From contig LSNO01000017.1 of assembly GCA_002082305.1 (NCBI GenBank), positions 813-64,812 on the forward strand: a stretch of 64,000 nucleotides of DNA. The letters are read 5' to 3'. The notes under the pieces are model-generated. The model did no database searches, was not told the DNA's origin, and was given only the letters and a program-made list of their open reading frames with translations. The stretch is from SAR324 cluster bacterium SAR324-CTD7B. Its GTDB lineage: Bacteria; SAR324; NAC60-12. Within the stretch, counting starts at the first letter, position 1. Every line of letters starts with the position of its first letter. Position numbers and translations under genes: made by a program. Below, piece by piece: positions 8,608 through 16,669 of this stretch.

Positions 8608-10440
8608 TTACCAATATTGTTCATTTGTAAAATTTTGTTTTCCGCGGCGTTGAAATTCCCTTTCCATTTTGTTGCGTAACAAGCGCCCGGGATCATCAGG
8701 TATTTTTCTCAACCATTGTTCAAGGAATTGCTGTTTGGCAAGATCAACCGGAGTTGAATCCTGTTTCTTGTTTTTTGCGTTTTCTTTTTCGGCAGATCCA
8801 TCAATTTTTTTCTGCCCTTCTTCATTATTTGGAGATTCAGTTTTTTCTTCATCAAATTTTTCATTATTTTTCTCTGCAGTTGATTCCTTTTCAGCATTAT
8901 TTTTTACGGCCTCTGCAGTCTGCTGATCACTGGTACCCGCATTGTCACCAGAAGAATCCTGGGCGGACTGTGCATTTTGTTTTTCCTGAGTTTGGCTAGA
9001 GCCATTCTGTTGATCCTGTTTATTTTTTTGATTTGCACCCTGTTGTCCCTCCTGCTGTTGTTTTTTCTTTTGTTGTTCTTTCAGTAGTTTTTCAATCAAA
9101 TCATGATTGTACTGAGCATCTACGTCTTGCGCATTATCTGCTAAAACCCGCTCAAAAGCTTCCAGTGATTCCTGTAACCGTCCTGCAAAGGCCAATGCAT
9201 TTCCACTGTTGAAATTGGCCCGTGAATGATTCTGTTGAGAAAAATGCTCAATTGCTTTTTCATAGTCGCCAGATCGATATGCCGCTGCCCCTTTCCATTC
9301 CGAGCTTTCAAAAAGTTCAGCTGCTTGTTTCGTTTCACCTTGCTGAAACAATTTAGCTGCCTGCTGGTCCGGTCGTAACCATAAATCATCCCATCCGAAT
9401 GCGAGTGCTGAAGAAGGCCTTGCTGTGACTCCAAGTAATACTGCAAATCCAATTGAAAACAATAGACCCCTACGAAACAGCAACGCTGCCATGGGCAAGA
9501 CAAGTAATAAGAGCCATGGTCCTTCTTCATTCCACTTATCAGAAGTTCTCTGCTGTTTGTCTTCAACATAATCATCTGCAGCAGTTTCTGCTGCAATGAT
9601 TTGCTCCACATCCCGATCATCCGGACTCAATTTTGTGAAGGCACCATGAGTTTGAGCGGCTAATTTTTGTAAAGGTTTTAAATAAAGTTTTGGTATTACA
9701 ATTCCCCCTTTTTTGTCTTTAAGAAACCCTCCTCCAGACAAGGGGATCGGTGAGCCGGATTCAGTTCCAACTGCAAGAATTGACAGGCGATTCAAACCAA
9801 CCGCATTTTCTGCTGCTGGAATATCCTGTACTTCAATACCGTCTGTAACCCAGATGATATGTCCAGTACCGCCATTCCTCCGGCTTAAAAGATCTGCAGC
9901 AAGTTCAATTGCAAGATCTGAACGACTTCCGGGAAGAGGCATAATATTCGGATGAAGCCCCGTAAGAAGAGACGCAATGGTGACAGGATCATGGGTCAAT
10001 GGGCTGATAACGAATGCATCTCCTGCATATACGATAAGTGCAGTTTCACCTTCAACAAAATGTCCTAGCAGGTCTTTCAATTTGAAACGTGCTCGCTCAA
10101 ACCGTGTTGGTTTTATGTCTGTTGCCAGCATGGAATAAGATAAATCCAAAACCAGTACTCTGGCCAGTGATTTTTGCAGCAGTGGCTGTAGATTCTTTTG
10201 CCAGACAGGTCCGGACAAAGCCAGCAAAAGAATAGTACCGACTAAACAGATGATCCATGGCAGCAGACTCCGTTTTTGCTTTGCCGGAGTTGTTGCAAGA
10301 AACGACAGCAAATGCGGTTCTACCACATCTTCCCAGTTTCCTTTGCTCCACCATCTTCCAAGGAAACGAAAAACCATCCACCAGAGAACTGGTATTGCTA
10401 TTAGCCACAGAGGGCGTAAAAATTGAAATTCTGATAACAA
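8608..10440 (-). CDS. batB: fused BatB/BatC-like protein (TM + von Willebrand A domain + TPR + K/Q/E-rich low-complexity tail)
   Basis: 610 aa. The N-terminus 'FQFLRPLWLIAIPVLWW' and VWA MIDAS 'VLDLSYSM' resemble BatB. TPR-like 'AAYRSGDYEKAIEHF...GNALAFAGRLQESLEAFERVL' and C-terminal 'WLRKIPDDPGRLLRNK' resemble BatC. TTG start. Confidence 0.78.
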   Translation of the reverse strand: MLSEFQFLRPLWLIAIPVLWWMVFRFLGRWWSKGNWEDVVEPHLLSFLATTPAKQKRSLLPWIICLVGTILLLALSGPVWQKNLQPLLQKSLARVLVLDLSYSMLATDIKPTRFERARFKLKDLLGHFVEGETALIVYAGDAFVISPLTHDPVTIASLLTGLHPNIMPLPGSRSDLAIELAADLLSRRNGGTGHIIWVTDGIEVQDIPAAENAVGLNRLSILAVGTESGSPIPLSGGGFLKDKKGGIVIPKLYLKPLQKLAAQTHGAFTKLSPDDRDVEQIIAAETAADDYVEDKQQRTSDKWNEEGPWLLLLVLPMAALLFRRGLLFSIGFAVLLGVTARPSSALAFGWDDLWLRPDQQAAKLFQQGETKQAAELFESSEWKGAAAYRSGDYEKAIEHFSQQNHSRANFNSGNALAFAGRLQESLEAFERVLADNAQDVDAQYNHDLIEKLLKEQQKKKQQQEGQQGANQKNKQDQQNGSSQTQEKQNAQSAQDSSGDNAGTSDQQTAEAVKNNAEKESTAEKNNEKFDEEKTESPNNEEGQKKIDGSAEKENAKNKKQDSTPVDLAKQQFLEQWLRKIPDDPGRLLRNKMEREFQRRGKQNFTNEQYW

Positions 10441-10529
10441 AATAATTAACGAATATTAGGCTGGTGCTTTAATGAAAATTCACCTGAGCCGGGGTTGTTC
10501 ATGATTTATACTTGCTTTGAATGAATAAC

Positions 10530-10683
10530 TAGACAATCACGAGTTTTAGCGTGTCATCCCAAACGTATGTGAGGTATCTTATAAGAAATCAGTACTTTAT
10601 CAGATCTCTCCCTTCAGTCGAGATGACATACCGGAGTCAATACTATTAGTATCTTACAAAATTTCATGACTCCCGAGATGAAC
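10530..10683 (+). repeat. MITE-like intergenic repeat, copy B
   Basis: Roughly three-quarters identical by eye over ~150 bp to 52794-52942. Internal inverted arms are GTCATCCCAAACGTATGTGAGGTATCT (10553-10579) and AGATCTCTCCCTTCAGTCGAGATGAC (10602-10627). It is flanked by AATAAC at 10524-10529 and 10684-10689. Confidence 0.8.
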
Positions 10684-10813
10684 AATAACAGATGCACTTA
10701 TTATTCAGCTCTTTGTTTTCAGTCAGAAAATTCTTTATAAATTATCTGATCAATGACGGCTAAATATTTCTTTCTTTTTAGATCAATTACGAAACTTAAC
10801 ATAATAAATATGA

Positions 10814-11830
10814 TTAGTTTCTAATCAATAAAACGGCTGACCATATTCCAACTATCAGTACTGCAAAACCCAGCGGCCACATAAACAAGGCTTGACGGGG
10901 ACGGAAAACCTCTTTTTCTATTTCCAACGGTTCAATTTTATCAATCATTGCATAAATTTTTTCCAGTTCTTCTGTACTTCTCGCCCGAAAATATGTACCA
11001 CCAGTCTGGCTTGCTAAAGATTTCAGCATTGCTTCATCAAGTTCTGCAGATGGATTAATTTTTTGCTTGCCGAAAAAAGCCCTTATCCATGCCTCATCTG
11101 CACCAATACCAATGGTGTGGATCCGTAGCCCCGTTTCTTTAGCTAAACGCCCTGCATCTTCAGGAGTAACCTCACCGGCGGTATTTTGACCATCTGTGAG
11201 CAACACCAATACTTTTTCTTTATCCGGAAGATCTTTCATACGTTTTACGGCCAGTCCGATTGCATTACCAATTGCAGTTCTCTGTCCGGCAAGACCTAAT
11301 TCAGACTCTTCAAGCATTTGCCGCAATGTTTTCCGGTCGAAAGTCAGTGGAGTTTGCAGATAAGCCTGATCTCCAAACAGAATCAGCCCCAGCCGGTCGC
11401 CTTTTCTCCGCTCAATAAAAGGCCTCAAAACTGATTTTACAACAGCCAGCCGCGTCACGGATTCACCGTGAAGTTCCAGATCCGTTTCTTTCATACTTCC
11501 GGAAAGATCAACCGCAAGCATCACACTTCGGCCGGAAACAGGTAATTCTACTGGATCCCCAACCCATTGCGGCCGCAGTGCTGCCAGAACAATCAAACTC
11601 CAGACCAATCCGGCTAACAGCAAGACTTTTGAGTTTTTTCCAGCTGAAATTCCGGATTTAGGCAAAACTGTAATTCTATGAAAAAAAGGTACACGAAGAG
11701 ACTGAACTGACCTATCAACTGGTGGAAGAACACGAAACAATAAGGGCAGTGGCCAGAACCACGCCACCCAAAGCCAAATAAATTCAAACACACCATTCTC
11801 AAATAAAAACATTTTCCGTGCTTTGTTCAA
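10814..11830 (-). CDS. batA: BatA-like VWA domain protein
   Basis: 338 aa with N-terminal TM helices, VWA MIDAS 'AVDLSGSM' and 'LLTDGQNTAG', and a C-terminal TM helix. The TTG start at 11830 overlaps the upstream stop (TTGA). An alternative ATG lies at 11812. Confidence 0.85.
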   Translation of the reverse strand: MNKARKMFLFENGVFEFIWLWVAWFWPLPLLFRVLPPVDRSVQSLRVPFFHRITVLPKSGISAGKNSKVLLLAGLVWSLIVLAALRPQWVGDPVELPVSGRSVMLAVDLSGSMKETDLELHGESVTRLAVVKSVLRPFIERRKGDRLGLILFGDQAYLQTPLTFDRKTLRQMLEESELGLAGQRTAIGNAIGLAVKRMKDLPDKEKVLVLLTDGQNTAGEVTPEDAGRLAKETGLRIHTIGIGADEAWIRAFFGKQKINPSAELDEAMLKSLASQTGGTYFRARSTEELEKIYAMIDKIEPLEIEKEVFRPRQALFMWPLGFAVLIVGIWSAVLLIRN

Positions 11831-12309
11831 TGCTGCTGACTACAATCCATAATCCATTTTTTTACCATTGGAAACAAAACATCTATTTCAATTTCCGGAT
11901 TTTGCTGATAAAGTTCCTTTCCAAATACATGCCCTGCTCCTTGAGTAAATTCAGTGGTTTTTCCTGTTCTATCAAGAAACTCCAACCATTCGGATCCATG
12001 CAGTGAAGCTACATTTTCATCTGCACAAAAAGTCAATGCAACCCGACGCAGTAATTGCGATAAATCCCTGAGTATTTCCAATGATTCTTCGGTATTATTT
12101 TGTTGATTTTGCAGATTTTTTAACAATCGCAGAGCTTCAGTTTTGGGTTTTCGCCGTTCAAAACGTCGACTGATCCACATTCCGCAAAACACAAAAATCA
12201 AAAGCAGTACTACTGCCACAATCCACCAGCCTGGAGCCGGAGGCCAAATTGCAACAGCTGGTGGTAAGTGAATGTCTTTTAAATTTATTAGAGGATTTTC
12301 TTCCGGCAT
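11827..12309 (-). CDS. DUF4381-like membrane protein (Bat/MoxR operon component)
   Basis: 160 aa. 'LKDIHLPPAVAIWPPAPGWWIVAVVLLLI' is the characteristic N-terminal motif plus TM helix. It lies between DUF58 and batA. Confidence 0.75.
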   Translation of the reverse strand: MPEENPLINLKDIHLPPAVAIWPPAPGWWIVAVVLLLIFVFCGMWISRRFERRKPKTEALRLLKNLQNQQNNTEESLEILRDLSQLLRRVALTFCADENVASLHGSEWLEFLDRTGKTTEFTQGAGHVFGKELYQQNPEIEIDVLFPMVKKWIMDCSQQH

Positions 12310-12342
12310 TTGAAATTGTTTGTAATCAAAATGATTGATTCA

Positions 12343-13260
12343 TTAAATCTGTGAAACATTGTCCACTGTACTCAGCATTTTCAAGCTTAGCCTGCAGAGT
12401 TGTAATTCGTGCTTTAAACTTTTTAGCTGATCTTCATAAGTGGAAGCATAGAGTTGACGTGTTTTTGAATTTTCGGAGTTAACCCAGGCAACAGCTTCAC
12501 CGTCACTCATTGCATAACGTCCGGAAGATGGTGCTTCTTTTTCCAGAGGATCTGAAATTAAAAAGGCAGCCAGCTGATTTTGTTTGGAAAGTTGAAACAA
12601 GTGCTTCCGGCATTCTGCATTAAATCCAGAAAAATCACTGAATATGTAAATCAAACTTCCCGGATGTACTACTTGTCGCACACGCCTCAATGCCTGGGCA
12701 AAAAGAGAATTGCTACCAAAACTCCATTCATTATTATTCATCCTGTCTGCAATTCGATTATGCTCAGTCATAATATTTGAAAGCAAACGTAAAAAATGTC
12801 GACGGTCACTTCTTGGTTTGAATTCCCGATGCATTTCTTCTGAATATATAACACCTCCAACTCGATCTCCCCGTAGAAGTGCCCTCCAACCCGTCAAAGC
12901 GGCAATACGGGCTGCTTGAACTGATTTTAATCTTTGGCGAGTTCCAAAAAACATCCGGCGGGACAGATCCAAAACCAGCATCACTGGACGCTCACGTTCT
13001 TCCCTGAACAACTTAGTGTGTGTCGTGCCCGTTCGTGCCGTCACCCTCCAGTCAATATGACGCACATCATCTCCGTACTGATAAGAGCGGGCTTCAGCAA
13101 ACTCCATCCCTCTTCCCTTGAGTTTAGTCAAATATGGACCTCCAAGTGATCCAACATTTTCTGCAGTCAACAACAGTCCTTTCTTATGGGCAATCCTAAC
13201 CAATTCCGGCAACTCCATTTTTCCAAGAAATATTCCATTTTTTTCAGCAGCATCTTTCAT
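12343..13260 (-). CDS. DUF58 domain protein (MoxR-associated, VWA-like)
   Basis: 'GMEFAEARSYQYGDDVRHIDWRVTARTG' is the DUF58 signature. The track ORF extends to 13332, but that overlaps the upstream gene by 68 nt. The ATG at 13260 sits 4 nt after the sulfatase stop. Confidence 0.85.
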   Translation of the reverse strand: MKDAAEKNGIFLGKMELPELVRIAHKKGLLLTAENVGSLGGPYLTKLKGRGMEFAEARSYQYGDDVRHIDWRVTARTGTTHTKLFREERERPVMLVLDLSRRMFFGTRQRLKSVQAARIAALTGWRALLRGDRVGGVIYSEEMHREFKPRSDRRHFLRLLSNIMTEHNRIADRMNNNEWSFGSNSLFAQALRRVRQVVHPGSLIYIFSDFSGFNAECRKHLFQLSKQNQLAAFLISDPLEKEAPSSGRYAMSDGEAVAWVNSENSKTRQLYASTYEDQLKSLKHELQLCRLSLKMLSTVDNVSQI

Positions 13261-13264
13261 TTTT

Positions 13265-15169
13265 TTATTTTTCCGGCCATACTCGGTTTTCCTGCAAAAC
13301 CCAGCGAATAGTTTCAATCCAGGATGATCCAATTTCCTTCAAGTGCAGTCCTTTTTGATTGTCCTGATCTCCAAAAAAATGATCTCGCTGGTCATTTTCA
13401 CGATAATAACGTGATTTTTCTTCAATGACCGCCCAATATGCTCCAGGACGATTTGTAAATGCACGTTGAGGCACATCAGTCAGCAAATCAACTGAATTCA
13501 ACAATGAGCGCCCTACCCAGGGAACTATGTATTTTTTACGTAAAATATCCAAAATTGTAGGTGCCAAATCCACTTGACTGGCATGTTGAGTGATAATAAG
13601 TCCCTCAGATTTTTTTCCTAGGGCTGTGGATTTACCTGATAAAATAAGTAACGGAACTTGAGAATGCAGATTAACAAATTCTTCATAATTGTTGGTATGC
13701 TGTTCCGCATTTTGATAACTGGAAGTATCTGCAGTCACAAAAATAATGGTATTTTTAAACCACGGTTTTTTGGAAATCCTTTTAAGAAAGCCCCCCAACA
13801 TGGCATCAGTATAGTGTAAAGATTCTCGGTAGCGGTCTGTCACTGAATCTCCCGCTTGAAGCCGATAATTATCCGGGACTTCAAAAGGATGGTGATTGGT
13901 TGTAGTTAAAGCTGAAGAGAAAAATGGTTCCGGCTCACTGTCTAAAACAGTTTCCCATTTCCGGAAGAGGTCTTCATCAGAAATCCCCCAGCCAAGTGTC
14001 ACGGCCCCGTTTGGGAAATCAAATTCATCTACAATTTTATCAAAGCCGACTTTTGGCAAAAATGTGGACTGTCCGTCAAAGTTTGCATCAGAACCGTAAA
14101 CCCATGAGGTGTAATAACCTGAATTTTTTAGGTATTCCGGAAGACACATGAAACTGTTCCTGGTGTAGCGCTTCATAACAGCAGCACCGTAATTTGGAAA
14201 CAAAGAACAGTAGGTGGCCACCTGTCCATGTCTGGTTTGAAAACCGTTTGCGAAAAAGTTTTTATATAATATTCCGTGCTTGGACCAGCGATCAAACTCC
14301 GGAGTAAGCCCCAACTTGCTGCCGTAAACACCTACTTCCGCAGCCCTAAATGACTCCAGGAACAATATTAAAATATTAGGTCTGTCTGCAGTTGTACACA
14401 GAATTTTAGTAAGCTCAGAATGATTCTGTCCAGTACATCCTGTTGCCTCACGTATTCGCACGAGCGGATAATTATCCCATATTTTTCCTGAAGGTTTTTT
14501 ACCTTGAATTAATGTCTCCACTATTTTTAGAGATTTTTCAGGACGAAGAATTTTTTTATCAGGTTCACGATCTTTGGAATAATAAAAATATTGCAATGCT
14601 GCAGATGTAAGCGGATTTTCCATGTTTTTTGAAACATAGGAATTACTGTAACTTGCAGCAGGCCCCCCAATTAAAATTATAAACAGGAGCGTTGATGCCC
14701 TGCACTTAAAATCTTCTTTCCAACTGTTCCGTTTTTTCCCAAAACGCCAAAGCATAAACACCAGCATCACCGAAGGGAAAACGAATAAAATCCAAAAAGT
14801 TATGTCATTTACTGCATGTGCTGCGGATGACAAAAATGCACCGCTATCATTCAAATATTCAATGGTAGAAAAAGGAAGGTGGGTACCAAAAATCAAAACG
14901 TAATGGTAATCTGTGAACAGGAAAGCAAATAATCCAAGACCAAGAATGCTGAAGAAAATTTTCCTAAATAAGATTGGAAAAGGAGAAATCACAGCTAATG
15001 TGCTGAAAATAGCTCCGTTCATCACGTCATAACCCACACCAAGTGCATAGGCTTGGAACAACCGCTCACTCCAATCAGAATTCAACTGAAGCAAAAAGGA
15101 ATGTTGAACTATGCCTGCCAGAGAAACAACAAAAAACAGAACCACAGCCGTTGGGTCAAGATATTTCAT
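13265..15169 (-). CDS. LTA synthase / sulfatase-family membrane protein (alkaline-phosphatase superfamily)
   Basis: 634 aa with five or so N-terminal TM helices and an extracytoplasmic domain carrying 'NILILFLESFRAAE', 'ANGFQTRHGQ' (putative Thr nucleophile) and 'TTTNHHPF', as in LtaS/MdoB-type phosphoglycerol or phosphoethanolamine transferases. Confidence 0.8.
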   Translation of the reverse strand: MKYLDPTAVVLFFVVSLAGIVQHSFLLQLNSDWSERLFQAYALGVGYDVMNGAIFSTLAVISPFPILFRKIFFSILGLGLFAFLFTDYHYVLIFGTHLPFSTIEYLNDSGAFLSSAAHAVNDITFWILFVFPSVMLVFMLWRFGKKRNSWKEDFKCRASTLLFIILIGGPAASYSNSYVSKNMENPLTSAALQYFYYSKDREPDKKILRPEKSLKIVETLIQGKKPSGKIWDNYPLVRIREATGCTGQNHSELTKILCTTADRPNILILFLESFRAAEVGVYGSKLGLTPEFDRWSKHGILYKNFFANGFQTRHGQVATYCSLFPNYGAAVMKRYTRNSFMCLPEYLKNSGYYTSWVYGSDANFDGQSTFLPKVGFDKIVDEFDFPNGAVTLGWGISDEDLFRKWETVLDSEPEPFFSSALTTTNHHPFEVPDNYRLQAGDSVTDRYRESLHYTDAMLGGFLKRISKKPWFKNTIIFVTADTSSYQNAEQHTNNYEEFVNLHSQVPLLILSGKSTALGKKSEGLIITQHASQVDLAPTILDILRKKYIVPWVGRSLLNSVDLLTDVPQRAFTNRPGAYWAVIEEKSRYYRENDQRDHFFGDQDNQKGLHLKEIGSSWIETIRWVLQENRVWPEK

Positions 15170-15416
15170 TGTTCACTGTGCTGTCTGCTTATTTGTGAAT
15201 AAATCATATTCTGACTGAAAGTCAAATAATTGTTTTGAATTGCCAATTACAAATATAATAAAATGCAATCTGTTTTGATATTTTTTGATTATTTAATTCT
15301 GGTAATTGAATGCAATGTAGTGAAGCATTAGTTTGGAGAATTTAAAACCTGCCTGTTATTGAAAATAATCTGCTGAATTTACCATATTCATGCAAGATTA
15401 AGCACAGAAGCAATTT

Positions 15417-16427
15417 TTAAGGAACGGCCACCTGAGCAAGAATTTTTGCAATCACGTCATCGGTGGTAATACCATCAGATTCAGCTTCATAACTTTCAAT
15501 AATTCTGTGACGCAGCACGTCACCGCTTAAATCCTGCAAATCTTCCGGAGTGACAAAATCACGTTCATGCAGCCAGGCACGGGCACGGGCGCACCGGTCA
15601 AGTGACAGCGACCCTCTAGGACTGGCACCCCAGGTGATCAAACGTGCCAACTCATCGCTATATTTTTCCGGAATCCTTGTGGCTGCAATAATCTCAACCA
15701 AATAACGTTCTATTTCAGGCGCCATGTATATATTCAGTGCTTCATTTCTTGCTTCAAAAATATGTACTGCAGAAATTTTTCGTCCTGCAGATTTTGTTCC
15801 TGAATCAACCGCAGATTTCGGACTTTTATCCGATGAAATTTGAATTTCACTCAAAGCTTCTTTTCGGACAAGGCGCATTATTTTTAATTCATTTTCTATT
15901 GAGGGATAGTCTATAAATACGTGAAGTAAAAAACGGTCAAGCTGCGCTTCAGGAAGAGGATACGTCCCTTCCTGTTCAATAGGATTTTGTGTAGCCATCA
16001 CCAGGAACAAATCCGGAAGAGGATACGTTTGTCCACCAACCGTTACCTGCCTTTCGCCCATAGCTTCCAGAAGAGCCGATTGGACCTTTGCGGGAGCACG
16101 ATTAATTTCATCTGCCAAGACTAAATTATGAAAAACCGGTCCTGACTGAAAGTGAAAACTACCCTCTTGGGGACGATATATGTCCGTCCCTGTTACATCG
16201 GCAGGTAATAAATCCGGAGTGAACTGTATACGTTGGAATTCTCCCTCAATCTTTTCACCAAGAGCTTTAATTGCACGGGTTTTTGCCAGACCGGGGGCAC
16301 CTTCAACTAAGAGATGTCCGTCTGCTAACAGTACTATCAATAAGCGTTCTATCAGGCGTTCCTGTCCTAAAATGATTTGATTTAAATCGGCTTGTAACTG
16401 ATGAAATATACGTAATGAATTTGACAT
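15417..16427 (-). CDS. MoxR-family AAA+ ATPase
   Basis: 336 aa with 'LLVEGAPGLAKT' (Walker A), 'LVLADEINRAPAKVQSALLEAM' (Walker B / sensor) and 'ATQNPIEQEGTYPLPEAQLDRF', the textbook MoxR signature. Confidence 0.93.
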   Translation of the reverse strand: MSNSLRIFHQLQADLNQIILGQERLIERLLIVLLADGHLLVEGAPGLAKTRAIKALGEKIEGEFQRIQFTPDLLPADVTGTDIYRPQEGSFHFQSGPVFHNLVLADEINRAPAKVQSALLEAMGERQVTVGGQTYPLPDLFLVMATQNPIEQEGTYPLPEAQLDRFLLHVFIDYPSIENELKIMRLVRKEALSEIQISSDKSPKSAVDSGTKSAGRKISAVHIFEARNEALNIYMAPEIERYLVEIIAATRIPEKYSDELARLITWGASPRGSLSLDRCARARAWLHERDFVTPEDLQDLSGDVLRHRIIESYEAESDGITTDDVIAKILAQVAVP

Positions 16428-16669
16428 GAATGGAATAATAATTTTGTTAATTAATCTCTGAACGTGAATCTGTCTCGTCCAGTTTTTATTATGGTTTCAG
16501 CAGGTTTTGAATCAGCAGAGAATCAGCTATAAGCTATCCGATTTATAATTCGACCCAAAATACTGATAGCAGACGACTGAAAACTGACAGATTTTTATTA
16601 AATCTTTTTCAGAAACTACAAGTAAATAACTATTATTACAATTGATTATATTTTTTGATCAAGCTCTAA

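Noticed and set aside
16520-16610. 'gaatcagctataagctatccg ... ctgatagcagacgactgaaaactgacag' in the moxR/MMPL spacer. It is reminiscent of another class of AGCTGATAGCTGA-type intergenic repeats.
   Set aside because: There is only one occurrence in the window and the similarity is vague. A repeat family cannot be established.
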